Positions 26,201-38,922 of a DNA stretch of 64,000 nucleotides are shown in pieces (within the stretch, counting starts at the first letter, position 1; every line of letters begins with the position of its first letter). Made by a program: the position numbers and the translations under genes. The DNA lies in assembly GCA_048128005.1 (NCBI GenBank), contig JBEUKZ010000112.1, positions 806,001 through 870,000 of the forward strand. Reading direction: 5' to 3'. This DNA is from Veleropilina oligotropha. Its lineage: Eukaryota. Below the pieces are notes generated by a model. It had not been told where the DNA came from and ran no database searches. It saw only the letters and a list, made by a program, of their open reading frames with translations.

Positions 26201-29159
26201 ATCTTTAAAATACATGGGGGTAGGGGGACACCGAAAATCACTGACTTGATTCCGCTAACGCGAACAGTTGTGGGTTCGATATTCGACTGAGGCAGTACAC
26301 ATTTGTTCAATTTATGAATCACAGTTGTCCGTGACTGGTCGAAGAGGGCGGGTTTACCCGGGCAACCGGGCTTTCCTCCCGCGATAATATGGACATGTCC
26401 TGGTTTTAACCAATTGATGGTTGGAAATATACGGGAAATAAAGCATCGATCCTTTCCTTTTTATCCCCCCGGCATTAAATGCGGGGGGATATAGTCATCA
26501 GCATGTCCGTCCGTCCGTCCGTCCGTCCGTCTGTCCGTCCGTCTGTAATCATTTCGTTTCCGGAGCATATCTCATAAACTGCTTTTCATATCTTTACGAC
26601 ACTTGGTGGGTGTATTATGGACATGGTGAACTGGTGCCTTTTGCCAGTTTCGACGTTGAGCGGCGATTATTAACAGAGTTATTTCCCTTGTTGTAAATTC
26701 TAATTGATATCGTTTCCGGAGCATATCTCATACACCGCTCGACATAACTTTACGAAACTTGCTGGGTGTATTAAGTAGTCGGTGAACTGGTGCCCTTTGC
26801 CAGTTTCGCCGTTGTGCGGCGATTATTAACAGAGTTATTGCCCTTGTTGTAAATTCTAATCGATCTCTTTTCCAGAGCATATCTCATATACCGCTCGATA
26901 TAACTTTACGAAACTTGCTGGATATATTAAGTAGTCGATATGAATTGCATATATTCTAAAGAATTCAATCATCATAACCACCATAAATGCAGTTCAATCC
27001 CTATGAATAATCATATTTTCATTACTTGTAAGTTCAACTTTATTCCGTTAGAATTCTGCTGAAACCTGTCCAGTTAAGACATGCTTAGTTACTGATGACT
27101 ATGATTTCCTTGCCGCATCTTCTGTGTGAGACATCTGTGCACCGGGGGGATATGTCATCTTCTGATGGCTCTTGTATAGCTTAACTATCTACTGGCTTTT
27201 ACATTCAACATTGTGCAGGGATTGTTAATATGTATATTCGATTTGATATAACTTCAAATACACTAATATAAATATATCATTAAATTGGAATATTTATTCA
27301 ATTATATTTTATATCGATAATTCTTGAATCGAACGATGTCTGTTTGATTTGGAAATCATATAATTTAGTATAAATTCTTTCAGGGATCGGATGATGTGAA
27401 AAGTATCCATTTGTTGCGAGAGATTGAGAAAAGAACGGCATTTGAAAAGGGGAAGGGACGAAAGTCGGAGACCATTCTTGTTGTGAAAAAGGTACCGGTA
27501 CTTTTCCGAAGTATGAATTTTTCTGATGTCATGATCTATTTGCCTGACAGTGTTCTTTACTGCATCAGCTGTCTATTGTCCATTATTAATTTGTCCAGAC
27601 TATTCCTGTCAACCTGCTGAGCATAGTTCATCGACACTGCATTCATAATCACTGTACAATGTAGTTGTGCACCTGGGCCAAATTTTACTGGAATGTTCTT
27701 TGACCTTTCAGTTATGACCTTTGACCATTTCATATGATTTTTCAGACAAAATATTAATATTTGTTTGAACTACTTCTCAGAGACTTAGTCATCCTCTGGA
27801 TATAATTACTATAGTTCTGTTCCATTGTGTGGCTTTCATTGGCAGGTTTCACTGTACTTGATATTGATCACAACATCATGACAGCTACATTTATCCAGAC
27901 TAAAAACTATCACATATAATGTTATAAACCATTATTTTATATAAATCAAAGGAAAAAATCGATGCTTTATGTACTGTATATTTACAACTATTAGGTTCAA
28001 AGCAGGACATGTCCATATTATCGTGGGAGGAAACTCCGGTCACCCTAGTAAACCTGCCCTCTAGCCAGTTACGGACAACAAATTCATATCTTGACCAAAT
28101 AATGTCATGTCCCAACCGAGATTCGAACCCACTACTGTTCGCGTCACCGGAATCAAGCCAGTGATTTCCCAGTCTGCTACCGAAACCACACAGCTGTCGG
28201 AGAGGCCACCAACACCTTATAATTTTCTGTGATGATAGATTGATGTTTAATTTAATACCACACCAACAATATTTCGGTCGTAAATCAGGTCAATCAATTT
28301 TGATTTATGAAATGATTTTGTGCTGCGTTCAATGCATGCAGCGATAATAAAAATCCTCAGCAATCCTGGTAGACCAGCACCATATCCACTCGGCCATGCT
28401 GCCCCCATTATCATTTTCTAAATGCATTGATAAATGAAATCTAACCACCTAATAATTTTAAATGGGAGAGAACTATGACTTGTCGACTGTTTTAGAGGGT
28501 GTTATCGATATGTCCGCCCCATGGTATTAGCTAGAGTTATGGTGTATATTTCATCTGCCAAAACAATGTGGTGTTGAACCCATTAAAAGCCTTTAATATG
28601 ACGGTCATGTGAGCAAAGTTAACCAAGAACCACAACAATAGGTCATAACATATTTGGGTGTTATGATATGCATATGTGTTATGGAATGTAAATAATCAAC
28701 AGGTTTTTTAACTTGTTTACAAATGGAAGTTTGGTGTATTAAAATAAAAGGTATGTAAGTGAGAAAACTCATTAATTATTATGATTGTATGCATTATATA
28801 CATTTCTAAAAATAACATATTGTACGTTACAGGACGTTCCAGAGGAGGACATCGAAAAAAGTTGCGCATCCAAAGAGCTTTCCCCTCCGAGCCTGCTAGG
28901 TTTTATGAATGGAGAAAATCTGATGGAGATAGTTATTATTGGTGATGGACAGAAGATCTTCTGTCGAACAAGAGACGTTAAGAAAGCGCTCTTGTATTTA
29001 GTGCTTCTTTATTATATAACAGACTTACAATATCCACGACAATATTCACAAATTCTTGGACTTGTACAGAATTATGTGATCAAAGAACAGTTCAACTGCG
29101 CAGTTTCAAGTAAATATATACACATGTGCAGCATCCTCGAAAAGGAAATGGGGAAGTAA
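20256..29159 (+). CDS. 7-exon accessory gene (~521 aa): CIDE-N-like domain, Ser/Thr-rich linker, SAMD3-like/TnpA-analog region. Exons 20256-20340, 21027-21398, 22216-22433, 23655-23996, 26019-26132, 27384-27491, 28833-29159
   Basis: All introns GT-AG with compatible phases (1,1,0,0,0,0); 1566 nt with no internal stop. N-terminus PLYKVWNADRTKKVFLMAST...LRLVLESDGTSVDEDE...TLMLLETGDIW. C-terminus ALLYLVLLYYITDLQYP. Confidence 0.82.
20445..20795 (+). mobile_element. tRNA-derived SINE-like element interrupted by a MITE
   Basis: tRNA-like head (gagtggttagcacg ... ggtttgagacc). Body shared with 21428-21560 and 37694-37830. Confidence 0.5.
20493..20671. mobile_element. Small hAT-like MITE
   Basis: Imperfect TIRs CAGGGGTGTCA / TGAAATCCCTG; cagaag duplicated on both sides. 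Confidence 0.5.
21428..21560 (-). mobile_element. SINE-like dispersed repeat
   Basis: Strong similarity to 37694-37830; B-box-like GGTTCAAACC on the minus strand. Confidence 0.55.
21865..22070 (+). mobile_element. tRNA-derived SINE (V/Meta-like core)
   Basis: B box gggttcgaatc, core ggtttcctcc...ggacatgtcctg, tail aagcatcgatcctttcc; homologous to 26235-26460 and 27950-28210. Confidence 0.6.
24020..25385 (+). mobile_element. HINE/Helentron-like non-autonomous element with internal ~180-bp tandem repeats
   Basis: 5' tatgccccgg with hairpin and (GTAT)n; about 7 diverged units (ggatgttacctga...gcaaataaattg); 3' ccggggaacata near the end. Confidence 0.65.
26235..26460 (+). mobile_element. tRNA-derived SINE copy
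   Basis: Same family as 21865-22070. Confidence 0.6.
26461..27175 (+). mobile_element. HINE/pearl-like non-autonomous Helentron
   Basis: tatccccccg hairpin, (GTCC)n, ~150-bp internal repeats, inverted cggggggata and terminal stem-loop gtcatc..gatggc. Confidence 0.7.
27950..28210 (-). mobile_element. tRNA-derived SINE copy
   Basis: Reverse complement of the 21865-22070 family, including GGTTCGAATC. Confidence 0.6.
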
Positions 29160-29651
29160 AGTATACGTCTTCGATTTCTGCATTAGAAATGTGTTTATTT
29201 AAAGTTGTTTTCTCACCATGAGAACATTGGGAAATAATAGGAATAATATATGCATGTATGAATAATATGGGTCTTGCTATATTTAAATTTACAAACTTAT
29301 TATAAAGGAATAAGATGTTCCTATAATTCATAAATATTGTTTAATTTTCCAGTCACCAGATATATGTTCATGTGGTTACTTTCTTTTATAATTATAAAAC
29401 ATGTCTGCTATAAAACATGTGTATGTGTTTATAAAGTGTGTCTGGAAGGCGTAATGTTTATGTGTTTTAAATAAAATGCGTATGAATTAAAATAAACACC
29501 TCATGTTTTTATTAATATGTTTTATTTAAAACACCATGGTTTATCATAAACATGTGTTGTGTGTAAGATAAAACACTAAACATGTTTATAAAGTGTGTCT
29601 AATAGCTGTTTTTATTTAGATATGTTTTATGGATATATTTTTTAGACTGTA

Positions 29652-31837
29652 AATACAATAAAATTAAAGGTATTGCCTGGAAAACTTACAATGACAGAGA
29701 AAAAGTTGATATATTAAAGTTGGCTAAGTACAACCCAAAACAATTCTGGAAAAAAATAAATAAAAATAAACCCGTGAAACTTGATAATAGCCCGAGCGTT
29801 AATGAGTTCGGAACCCACTTCAGAAACATTTACAATACCGAAAATAATATTATTAGTGAAGAGATTCAAAATGCAATGAATAAGTTGAATAATGTAAACA
29901 TTCCAGAATCCAATGATATTGAATGTGATTTAAATTGCAACATTTCATGTGAAGAGGTAAATTCTGCGATTGGGAAATTAAAGCGCAATAAAGCTGGGGG
30001 GATAGACAATTTAATTAGTGAAGTTTTCTTAGACGCCAAGGAGTTAATCTCACCTTTACTTGTCTTATTTAACCATATGTATGACAAATGTTTATTCCCT
30101 GAATGTTGGTCTAAAGGTATTATAATTCCAGTTCCAAAAAAAGGTAATCTAACTGACGCTAACAATTATCGTGGCATAACCCTGATAAGTGTGTTTAACA
30201 AAATATTTTCAATTATTCTCAATAATAGACTCTACAGATGGGCAGAGGAAACGAATACACTTTCCGAAGCACAATTTGGGTTTAGAAAACAAAAATCAAC
30301 TATTGACTGCTTATTCATTCTAAAATCTAAAATTACTGAAGCCATAAATCATAAAGAAAAAATATATGCTGCATTTGTTGACTTCAAAAAGGCTTTTGAC
30401 CTAATTTACAGAGATGCGATTTGGTTCAAATTATTATCACATGGAGCATCAATGAAAATTGTTAGATATATTAAGGAAATGTATAAGTCGATGAAATGTT
30501 GCGTTAAATTCAATGGGGGTATCTCGGATCTATTTGACAGTCGCTCTGGTGTCAAGCAAGGCGAGCCTTTGTCTCCTCTGCTCTTTCTGATGTTTATTAA
30601 TGATCTCGCGGATAATCTTTATGACGGTGATGATATATTTGACTTCACATACTTCTGTCTTCTCTTTGCGGATGATACAGCTTTATTTGCTAAAAGCCCC
30701 GAGATATTACAGGTAATATTAAATAAATTAAAACTTTACTGCGATAAATGGAATATTTCTGTGAATACAAGTAAAACTAAAGTTATGATATTTTCGAAGT
30801 GTGCTTACGATAATAACAATGAATGGTTTTATGGAAATACGAAACTTGAGACGGTCACCTCCTTTAACTACCTTGGCTTAACATTTTACAAGAATGGCAA
30901 GTTTCAAACAGCCAAAAAAGTTCTTCGTGAACAAGCATCACGTGCTCTATTTTCTCTCTTACTAACATTCCAAAGAGAAGATCTACCTGTGAGCGTCAAA
31001 ATTAAAATCTTCCGTTCCATGATTGAACCTGTTTTACTGTACGGCTCTGAAGTATGGGGATTCGAAAACCTAGATGACTTGGATAAATTTCAATTAAAAT
31101 TTTACAAAAATATACTTTGTACAAAAATCAGTACTAATAGTAGTGCAGTACTTGGTGAACTGGGGGAGTTAATATTAAGTATAATTTGTCAAATTAAATT
31201 AATAAAATATTGGTGTAAAATTATAAAGGATAAACATACATTGTTTTATAAAGAATATTTACGTGAAATAGAGAATTATTTTAATAATACTTGGACAACT
31301 TCAATTAAAAAATTACTGTTTAAAATAGGCTACGGATATGTATGGATAAACCAAAACATTTTCGATTTTCGAATCCCTCTTCAAGACATTATTCAACGTA
31401 TCAAAGACATGTTTTTACAAAAATGGTATACCGATATACATGCAAGTGTCAAACTTGAAGGATATCGCCGCTTCAAGAAGCAATTTGAGTTTGAACAATA
31501 TCTTGATATGTGCGACATGAAAAGTAGAATTTTAATTACTCGCCTCAGATGCAGTTCCCATCATTTAGAAATTGAAACTGGTAGATATCAAAATATACCA
31601 AGAGATTGGAGAATTTGCAAAATGTGTCAAATGAATGTGGTGGAAGATGAGTACCATTTCCTCCTTGTATGTCCTATGTACGTAGATCTCAGAAGGAAGT
31701 ATTTGAAACGATACTTCTGTTATTGGCCCACCCAATACAAGTTCGTTACGTTGATACAAAGTGTAAATAAAAGACAAGTGATATCACTAGGCAGATATAT
31801 AGTAAATGCGATGAAAGAAAGAGCTTCATACTATTAA
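29652..31837 (+). pseudogene. LINE B ORF2 C-terminal part (RT + CCHC)
   Basis: Rejoins in frame as DARS|KYNKIKGIAWK once 16171-29651 is removed. Confidence 0.9.
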
Positions 31838-32132
31838 TTAACACAGTATCTATAACATATTCATATAAGATATACCAGTTGGATTCATGTATCGTACTCA
31901 TATTGCAGTTTATGTGGCTGTTGTAATGATATAATCAGTTATATCATATATTATTGTATAAAAATTGTCATTTTTCCTGTACCTCCGTCATGTACTTAAT
32001 GTTTAAGGCAAGAAGCTTTTCTGCTTGTGCTTAAATAAACTTACTATTAACTGAAGTCAAATGTAAGGTAAAATATAAATTTATTTACATGTATAACGAA
32101 GTACTAATACACTAATACTGTAACAGAATAAT

Positions 32133-32765
32133 TTAATCTAAGGCAACCATGTAGCACACAGTTCTGGCAAACTGTATGATATCGATCACACCTTCTTCTA
32201 AGCGTTGTTTATTTTCATTTAACCTGGTTTGTAGCTTTCGATATTTGTTGTTCAGTTTCGGCCGTTTCCCTCCTGCGTTATACTGAATCATCTTTACTTC
32301 ATTCGACGCCTGTATCTTCCTAAGATGGTTAATAAATTCGTAAATGTTCGGATGCGCTTTCTTGACTTGGTTGTTCAATTTTCGATGCCATCCTTCCAAA
32401 TGATTATTCGTCCTATGTCCTTCTGTGTCCGCATGATTCCACTGTACGACACTCAGTGGCCCTTCTAGCCAATTCGTTACGACGTAATCGGCGAGTTGAC
32501 GGCAACGTATGTCGTCCGGCATTTCAGACATCGCATGCAGAAATACTTCGTCGATTTGGTCAACAGGCACCAGGGGTAATGCGGCTAGCAAACGTACGAA
32601 ACGGTGAATGTCGTCATCTTCCTTATAATCGATTTGTAGTCCAAGTTGTTGCGTCTTTCGCCAAATACACTGTGCGAAATGAAAGAAGCACCCCTTCCAC
32701 TCTGAATTTCGAAAAATCGATTCTGCAGCAAGTCTGCTGGCCTGCTCGAAGTCCATTTGGATCAT
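32133..32765 (-). pseudogene. MULE/Mutator transposase C-terminal fragment
   Basis: DFE, GCFFH, TNNHLEGWH and HPNIYEFI motifs; N-terminal part cut off at ~32775 by the repeat array. Confidence 0.88.
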
Positions 32766-32777
32766 GCGCGGTGATAA

Positions 32778-34260
32778 TTAGGGCTTCAGCCTTTGAAAAA
32801 GGGCTGAAGGCCTATTGTTTTTCAAGGAATTATTATTAGGGCTTCAGCCTTTGAAAAAGGGCTGAAGGCCTATTGTTTTTCAAGGAATTATTATTATTCT
32901 TATTCTTATTATTATTTTATGATTTTTTGTTCCTTACGTATCTCTGAAACTACAAATGTGATGCATTTCAAAATTCAGAAGTAGACAGGTATAATATGGA
33001 ACTCGTGTGAAACTGTAAAATTGACTGTCTAGGAATTGCGGTTTGGCCGCCATCTTGAATTTTCAAAAAAAATGACCTCTTTTACAAAAATCTTCTTCTC
33101 CGAAACCGCTAAACAGATCGAGGCACCGATCAGAATATATGATCTTGACAATATGATTAAAAACGTTTGCGCGGGACAAATTCATCGGACATAAAATGAG
33201 GCCGCCATCTTGGATTACGTCATAAACTAGCTTATTTTATAACTTTGTTAATATTTAACCTAGCAGGACATGATTTATATATTCGGATATCATAGACCTT
33301 TGTCTTTCAAATTTGACCTTGACCTTTGACCTCAGTTGACCTACATTGCAGGAAATGACCTAATTAAGGAAAAATGCATATATGTGGGCCTATAGTGCAT
33401 GAAATGAACTCATATTGACGTGTGTAGTCAACATTTACCAAATTTACAAGATAAAATTGAAAAACAGGAAGTGCCTCGACGGCCATTAAAGCTTTTCTTT
33501 CAAGTGGCAATATATCAACAAGGATGCGCCGTGGACACATAGTTACTATGGGGAGCCTATGGGAAGTCATGGTTGGGCTTTCAAATGTGACCTTGACCTT
33601 TGACCTCAGTTGACCTACATTGCGAAAATGACCTAATTAAGGAAAAATGCATATATGCTTGCCCATATTGGCTAAAATGAACTCCTATTGACGTGCGTAG
33701 TCGCTATTTACCAAATTTCCAAGCTAAAATTAAAAAAACAGGAAGTGCCTCGGCGGCCATTAAAGCATTTGTTAGAAGTGGCAATATATCAACAAGGATG
33801 CACCGTGGACACATAGTTACTATGGGGACCCTATGGGAAGTCATGGTTGATCTTTCACATGTGACCTTGACCTTTGACCTCAGTTGACCTACATTGCAGA
33901 AAATGACCTAATTAAGGAAAACGACATATTTTTGCCAGAAAATGGTCGGAAAATGGCCAAGTCGGTTAATATTGATGCTAGGGCTTACATATTTTAACAT
34001 AGGATATTAAAAAAATTCGAAAAAAAAAACTAAAATGGCCGCCACATGATCCTTAAAAAGGCCATATCTCGAGAACGACGTGTCGTACAGACCTGAAAAT
34101 AGCGGCATTCGATTCAGAGTGTCCATATGTATAAATTAAGGAAATTTAAGGAGAAAATTTTTGGAAATTTAAATATCCGAAAATACATTATTTTTGTACA
34201 TTAATTTTATAATTGCTATGGTTAGCGCGAAGCCCTGTACAGCTGCTTGCAGCTTTAATT
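32778..34260 (+). mobile_element. Helentron/HINE-like unit E1
   Basis: Duplicated 5' hairpin head, ~274-bp internal tandem repeats, 3' gaagccct plus agctgc-tt-gcagct stem-loop. Confidence 0.6.
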
Positions 34261-34288
34261 ATTATTATTCTTATTATTATTATTCTTA

Positions 34289-34690
34289 CTAGCAATGGTA
34301 CCCGTCTCCGCCGGGTAAGTCCCCCCACCCCATTTTTTTTTTTTTTTTTTTTTTTTTGGATAGTGCTCCCTTAAATAATTTTTTTTTTTCCCGAATTTTC
34401 CGAATTTTTTTCGTGGTAAACCTTCCTTGGGGGACCCCGATTAACCCCCCAAAGTTTGAAGGTCCTAGGTCAAAGCGTCTGGGAGGAGTTCAACTTGAAA
34501 CAGACAGACACACACACAATTATAGCTCCATTATATGAAGAGATATAGTAATATTTTTTTGTTTTCCCGAATTTTCCGATTTTTTTTCGTGGTAAACCTT
34601 CCTTGGGGGACCCCGATTAACCCCCCAAAGTTTGAAGGTCGTAGGTCAAAGCGTCTGGGAGGAGTTCAACTTGAAACAGACACACATACT
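34289..34690 (-). mobile_element. Mini-Helitron copy with internal duplication
   Basis: Same CTAG and hairpin end as 8931-9213; body present twice. Confidence 0.8.
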
Positions 34691-37600
34691 ATTATTAGGG
34701 CTTCAAGCTTTCAGGCTTGAAGCCCTATTGTTATTCTACGAATTATTATTAGGGCTTCAAGCTTTCAGGCTTGAAGCCCTATTGTTATTCTACGAATTAT
34801 TATTATTCTGATTCTGATTTATTATTTTCTCCACGATTTTGTGACAGCGATAACTCAAAAACTGCCAGAGCTACAGCAATAAAATTTTGCAGGCTTATAG
34901 GTGCATTAGTGAAGTTGTGCCGCGTCCTTAACCTAGTCTCTAGGTCGCATAGTTTCGTCGTTATCATGTGTTTTGTAAAAAAAACACCACTTTTTAAAAA
35001 ATCTTCTTCTAACAAACTGTCAAAGCCAACGAGGTTAAACTTTCCAGATATGATGTATGTCTTATGACGAAGTAATATTGCGAGCGAAAAATCGATCGGT
35101 CGTAAAACAAGGCAGCTGCTGGCATCCTAATGTTGGGAAAAAATTGAAATTTTCAATCGTTTATAACTTATATTTTGCTTTAACTATACTTTTCCAACTT
35201 CGCAGGAATATAAGTGCATATGCTAAGTTATGTTTCCTGCAAAGACATCACCGATGCGACTTTCGGTTATGACGCAATCATGGATTGAAAAATTATACTA
35301 AAACGTAATTTCCTCGTTAAATGTTGGACCGTTCGACATGGAAATCGGCATATACTGACATAAGTGTCATCTCTATATTGTTTTGTGAACGAAACAATGT
35401 TAGCACAAACGTATTAACAGCTAAGATGAATTCAATTTTAAATTTTAAAAAGACTGCAGTTTCCTTAATTTTTATTACTATGAAACAAAACGTAATTTAT
35501 TTTAATCTCATGAATGTGCACTATCATAGTATGCATTTATTATATTGATATCCATTTGTATGTATAAAATACACGTAAATGAATTTTGCATTTGAAAATG
35601 TTCATAACGCAGCTAATACTAATGCTCTTTATTTGAAATTTTTCCTGAAGTTCACTATCAATGCCTAATATATATTTCTTGATTATCAAGAAAATATCTT
35701 GAACGGTTCGAGTTTTAATAATTTTTGTTGTGTCAATTAATGGTAAAAGAATTATTTATTGCCCAATCTCAAGAGCTCATGTCCCTGTAACAGGTTTATT
35801 GATGCTAAAGTCAACAAGGCGCTGCCTGCTAGCCAGGGTTGTTGTATATCAGTGTCTTTAGCATGTAATTAAAGCTAATTAATTACTTGTGTCAACATGA
35901 GACCATTGGCTGTCAGTGGATCAAAGCAGAGACTACTAACTAAGATAACCATTTGGTGATTAGTATCATGGGAGCCGCATTTCAGGACGGAAATGGATAC
36001 GCATGTAAACTACTGTGTTTGCAAACATGGAAAACAGAATCATTGAAAATGGCAAGAGCAATGATTTACTAAAATATCCAAGTATTTTTATGTTATTTTC
36101 TGCAACCTTTGATGAAAATACACATACATTCTTTCATGTCCGCATAAATGGATATGAAAATTTAGGTTTGTAGACTAAAGCGAGGATGCGATATACGTAT
36201 TGGCCTATACTTCTAACTTTCATTTTTATAGTCGGATTTCAAAATACAAATTACTAGGATACTATAAAGTACAATTGTCTGCATATCATAATCTTGCCAT
36301 TCATATTTTTTGTAAGAAATAGATGCGGAAACATGGATAATGAATTCGCAAATAGGCCTAGAGCAAAAATGATCATAATCAATCGGTAATAATGAGTATT
36401 GTTTACAACTTTCCAAGAACATTGACAATTTTGAGCTCCCATAAATACAATTATAGCGTAGTGTTAATGTGTTATATACGAATGTGATGTGCAGTACGTA
36501 TGCCCAATATCAAAGTCATTATATGAAATCATACCAATTCTGGTTCTAAACTTCCAATTCGATTAGAGACATAACATCGGTAAACAACGAACAATTCACA
36601 ACCGTGTTAGCGACTTGACACATAATGTGACCAACTTAGTTGTACCTGGTGATTTACCGTTGTTTGTCACAAATAAATAGCCAACCCAGATTATAAATTG
36701 CTTTAAATAGTCTTTTTGTCCAAATAATGAATTTTACCTTGGCCAAAGGGATACATGCTGTACATTGTCATTATACTAACAACAAGCGCATCCGAGAGGA
36801 AGCATAATTGAACCATGTAAATTCATCGTGGACATGCACCACCACACGGACATACACCACCACACAGACAGACAGCCCCAATACAATAGTTTCTCCGTTT
36901 ACACGGCTCAACTAATAACTTATTATAAAATACACAAACAGACCCTTTGACAGAGGCAATATTGTAGGCAATGCAACCTAGCTGTGTTGTCATGTTGCAA
37001 ATTTCCAGCACCTGGTACGATGGGTATATTTTCAAATATTCAGGCTATCATAAATTCTTTACTGCTCCAAATACGCTAGACATTAATCAGCCTTTTAAGT
37101 CATATCTTCTAATTAATCATTCAACCGCAGACTAAAGTCGTTGATAAATTATAAATGGAAAGTCCATGAAGTGGTAAAGCCGATGTATAAGCGTTTATGA
37201 CAAACACTTTTGTCATTTTCAGTTATATGTATTCGTAGGCAATAATTATATTATATACAAGGCCTAAATGAAAGCCACGGTTCAAAAGCTTCATATGCTC
37301 GACTTTCACTGAGTTGACTACGCACAAATAACTGTAAATCACATAAATAAATACCACACAAAACAATGTAAATCATTATTGATTGTTTAAATATATTATA
37401 TTTTAACATTTTGAATATAAACTGCAGTCGTTATCGGGGAACTTTGCTTCTGCAATAAGTCAATTACAAAAGAAATATATATACACCAGTCATTAGAGAT
37501 TTGGTGAGAAAAAATATCATATTTATTGCCGATTTGGTAACGTGCACACCATGTTACCGTAAACAAGATATGTAACTGGTGATTGGTGAAACTTCCTTGT

Positions 37601-37693
37601 ATTAATTGCATAATAAGTTTGCCATGTATGTTGCCTGATATAGTTCAGTTGAGAACTTGGTTTTACGACCACTTCAAATGGCAATTCATTAGC

Positions 37694-37830
37694 CTTAACG
37701 TGGTCGGCACACCCGGTTTAAGGTCTCACTCCGATCTGGCCGACATACATTAAAGATATGCCATCTATTCGTTTTAAGTCTTAGAATAAGCCAGGCCGGA
37801 GCGGGCTTGAACCCACATCCTAACGTCCCA
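37694..37830 (-). mobile_element. SINE-like dispersed repeat
   Basis: Homologous to 21428-21560. Confidence 0.55.
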
Positions 37831-38204
37831 CATAACGTTTTTCCGAAGTGTTGCCTGATATAACGTTCACTTGGCGCTAATGACAGACATATAAAGGCAT
37901 AATAGGAATCATACATGGTAAATCGCGCCACACCATAACGTACCCTCAGGCGGTCGCTTCATAATTATGTTGATAGTATTTTTATACAATGTGAACCTTA
38001 CCAAATATAATGTCTCTCTAGCAATTGGGCACACGTAACAACATTCTACTCATATATTATAAGCCGCAAGCGCCTGCCTCATTCAATGATTAGGTCAAGG
38101 CCAAGTTAAATTTTGAGTATTTACATTATGTCTCTTGAAAGACTGGTCCATGTTACACAGAGGTTGAACCACTGGGCTAACACCATTTGTATTTATTAAA
38201 CATA

Positions 38205-38622
38205 CTAGCAATGGTACCCGTCTCCGCCGGGTAAGTCCCCCCACCCCAAATTTTTTTTTTTGGATAGTGCTCCCTTAAATAATTTTTTTTTTTCCCGAAT
38301 TTTCCGAATTTTTTTCGTGGTAAACCTTCCTTGGGGGACCCCGATTAACCCCCCAAAGTTTGAAGGTCCTAGGTCAAAGCGTCTGGGAGGAGTACAACTT
38401 GAAACAGACACACACACAATTATAGCTCCATTATTATATTAAGATTATATGAAGATATATAGCAATTTTTTTTTTGTTTGCCGAATTTTCCGAATTTTTT
38501 TCGTGGTAAACCTTCCTTGGGGGACCCCGATTAACCCCCCCAAGTTTGAAGGTCCTAGGTCAAAGCGTCTGGGAGGAGTACAACTTGAAACAGACACACA
38601 CACAATTATTATTATATTAAGA
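38205..38622 (-). mobile_element. Mini-Helitron copy with two 5' ends
   Basis: CTAG at 38205; TCTTAATATA 5' termini at 38444 and 38622; A|T target. Confidence 0.85.
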
Positions 38623-38922
38623 TTTGTGCATCATCAGGCCTTGTACAAAATTTAAAGATACAGCCAAAGAACAATGTCATTATTGCGTATTTACATGTAG
38701 TCGCTTTAACAAATGTTAAATATCATATACAAAACGAATTGATCGATGTAAACCTTGTGTAGTTCAAAGTTGGCATATACCTTAAATATGACATCAAGCC
38801 TTGTGAAAGTAATATATGTAACATGAAGTCGCTGTGCGGAAGGTTAAGGTTTTTTGTGTATTTACATTATGTAACTAAGACAATTGCATGCTATAACATA
38901 TGTCTTATATAAGCTCTAGCTT

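Larger units (their letters stand above)
16171..29649 (+). mobile_element. Full-length EnSpm/CACTA (CMC) DNA transposon, 13,479 bp
   Basis: TIRs CACTCTAAAAAA / TTTTTTAGACTG (11/12 match), TA duplicated on both sides, dense ATAAAACA-like subterminal repeats, two genes. Confidence 0.92.
13955..32050 (+). mobile_element. LINE B: near full-length RTE-X-like non-LTR retrotransposon split by an EnSpm element (5' UTR start not defined)
   Basis: ORF1, APE, RT (GVKQGEPLSP, LFADD), CKMC..EDEYHFLLVC. 3' UTR ends gtgcttaaataaac near 32040. Confidence 0.9.

Noticed and set aside
34771..37035. Cluster of short ORFs repeated at 57071-59344, 40578 and 62485
   Set aside because: Recurrence reflects near-identical DNA repeats; no recognisable domains.
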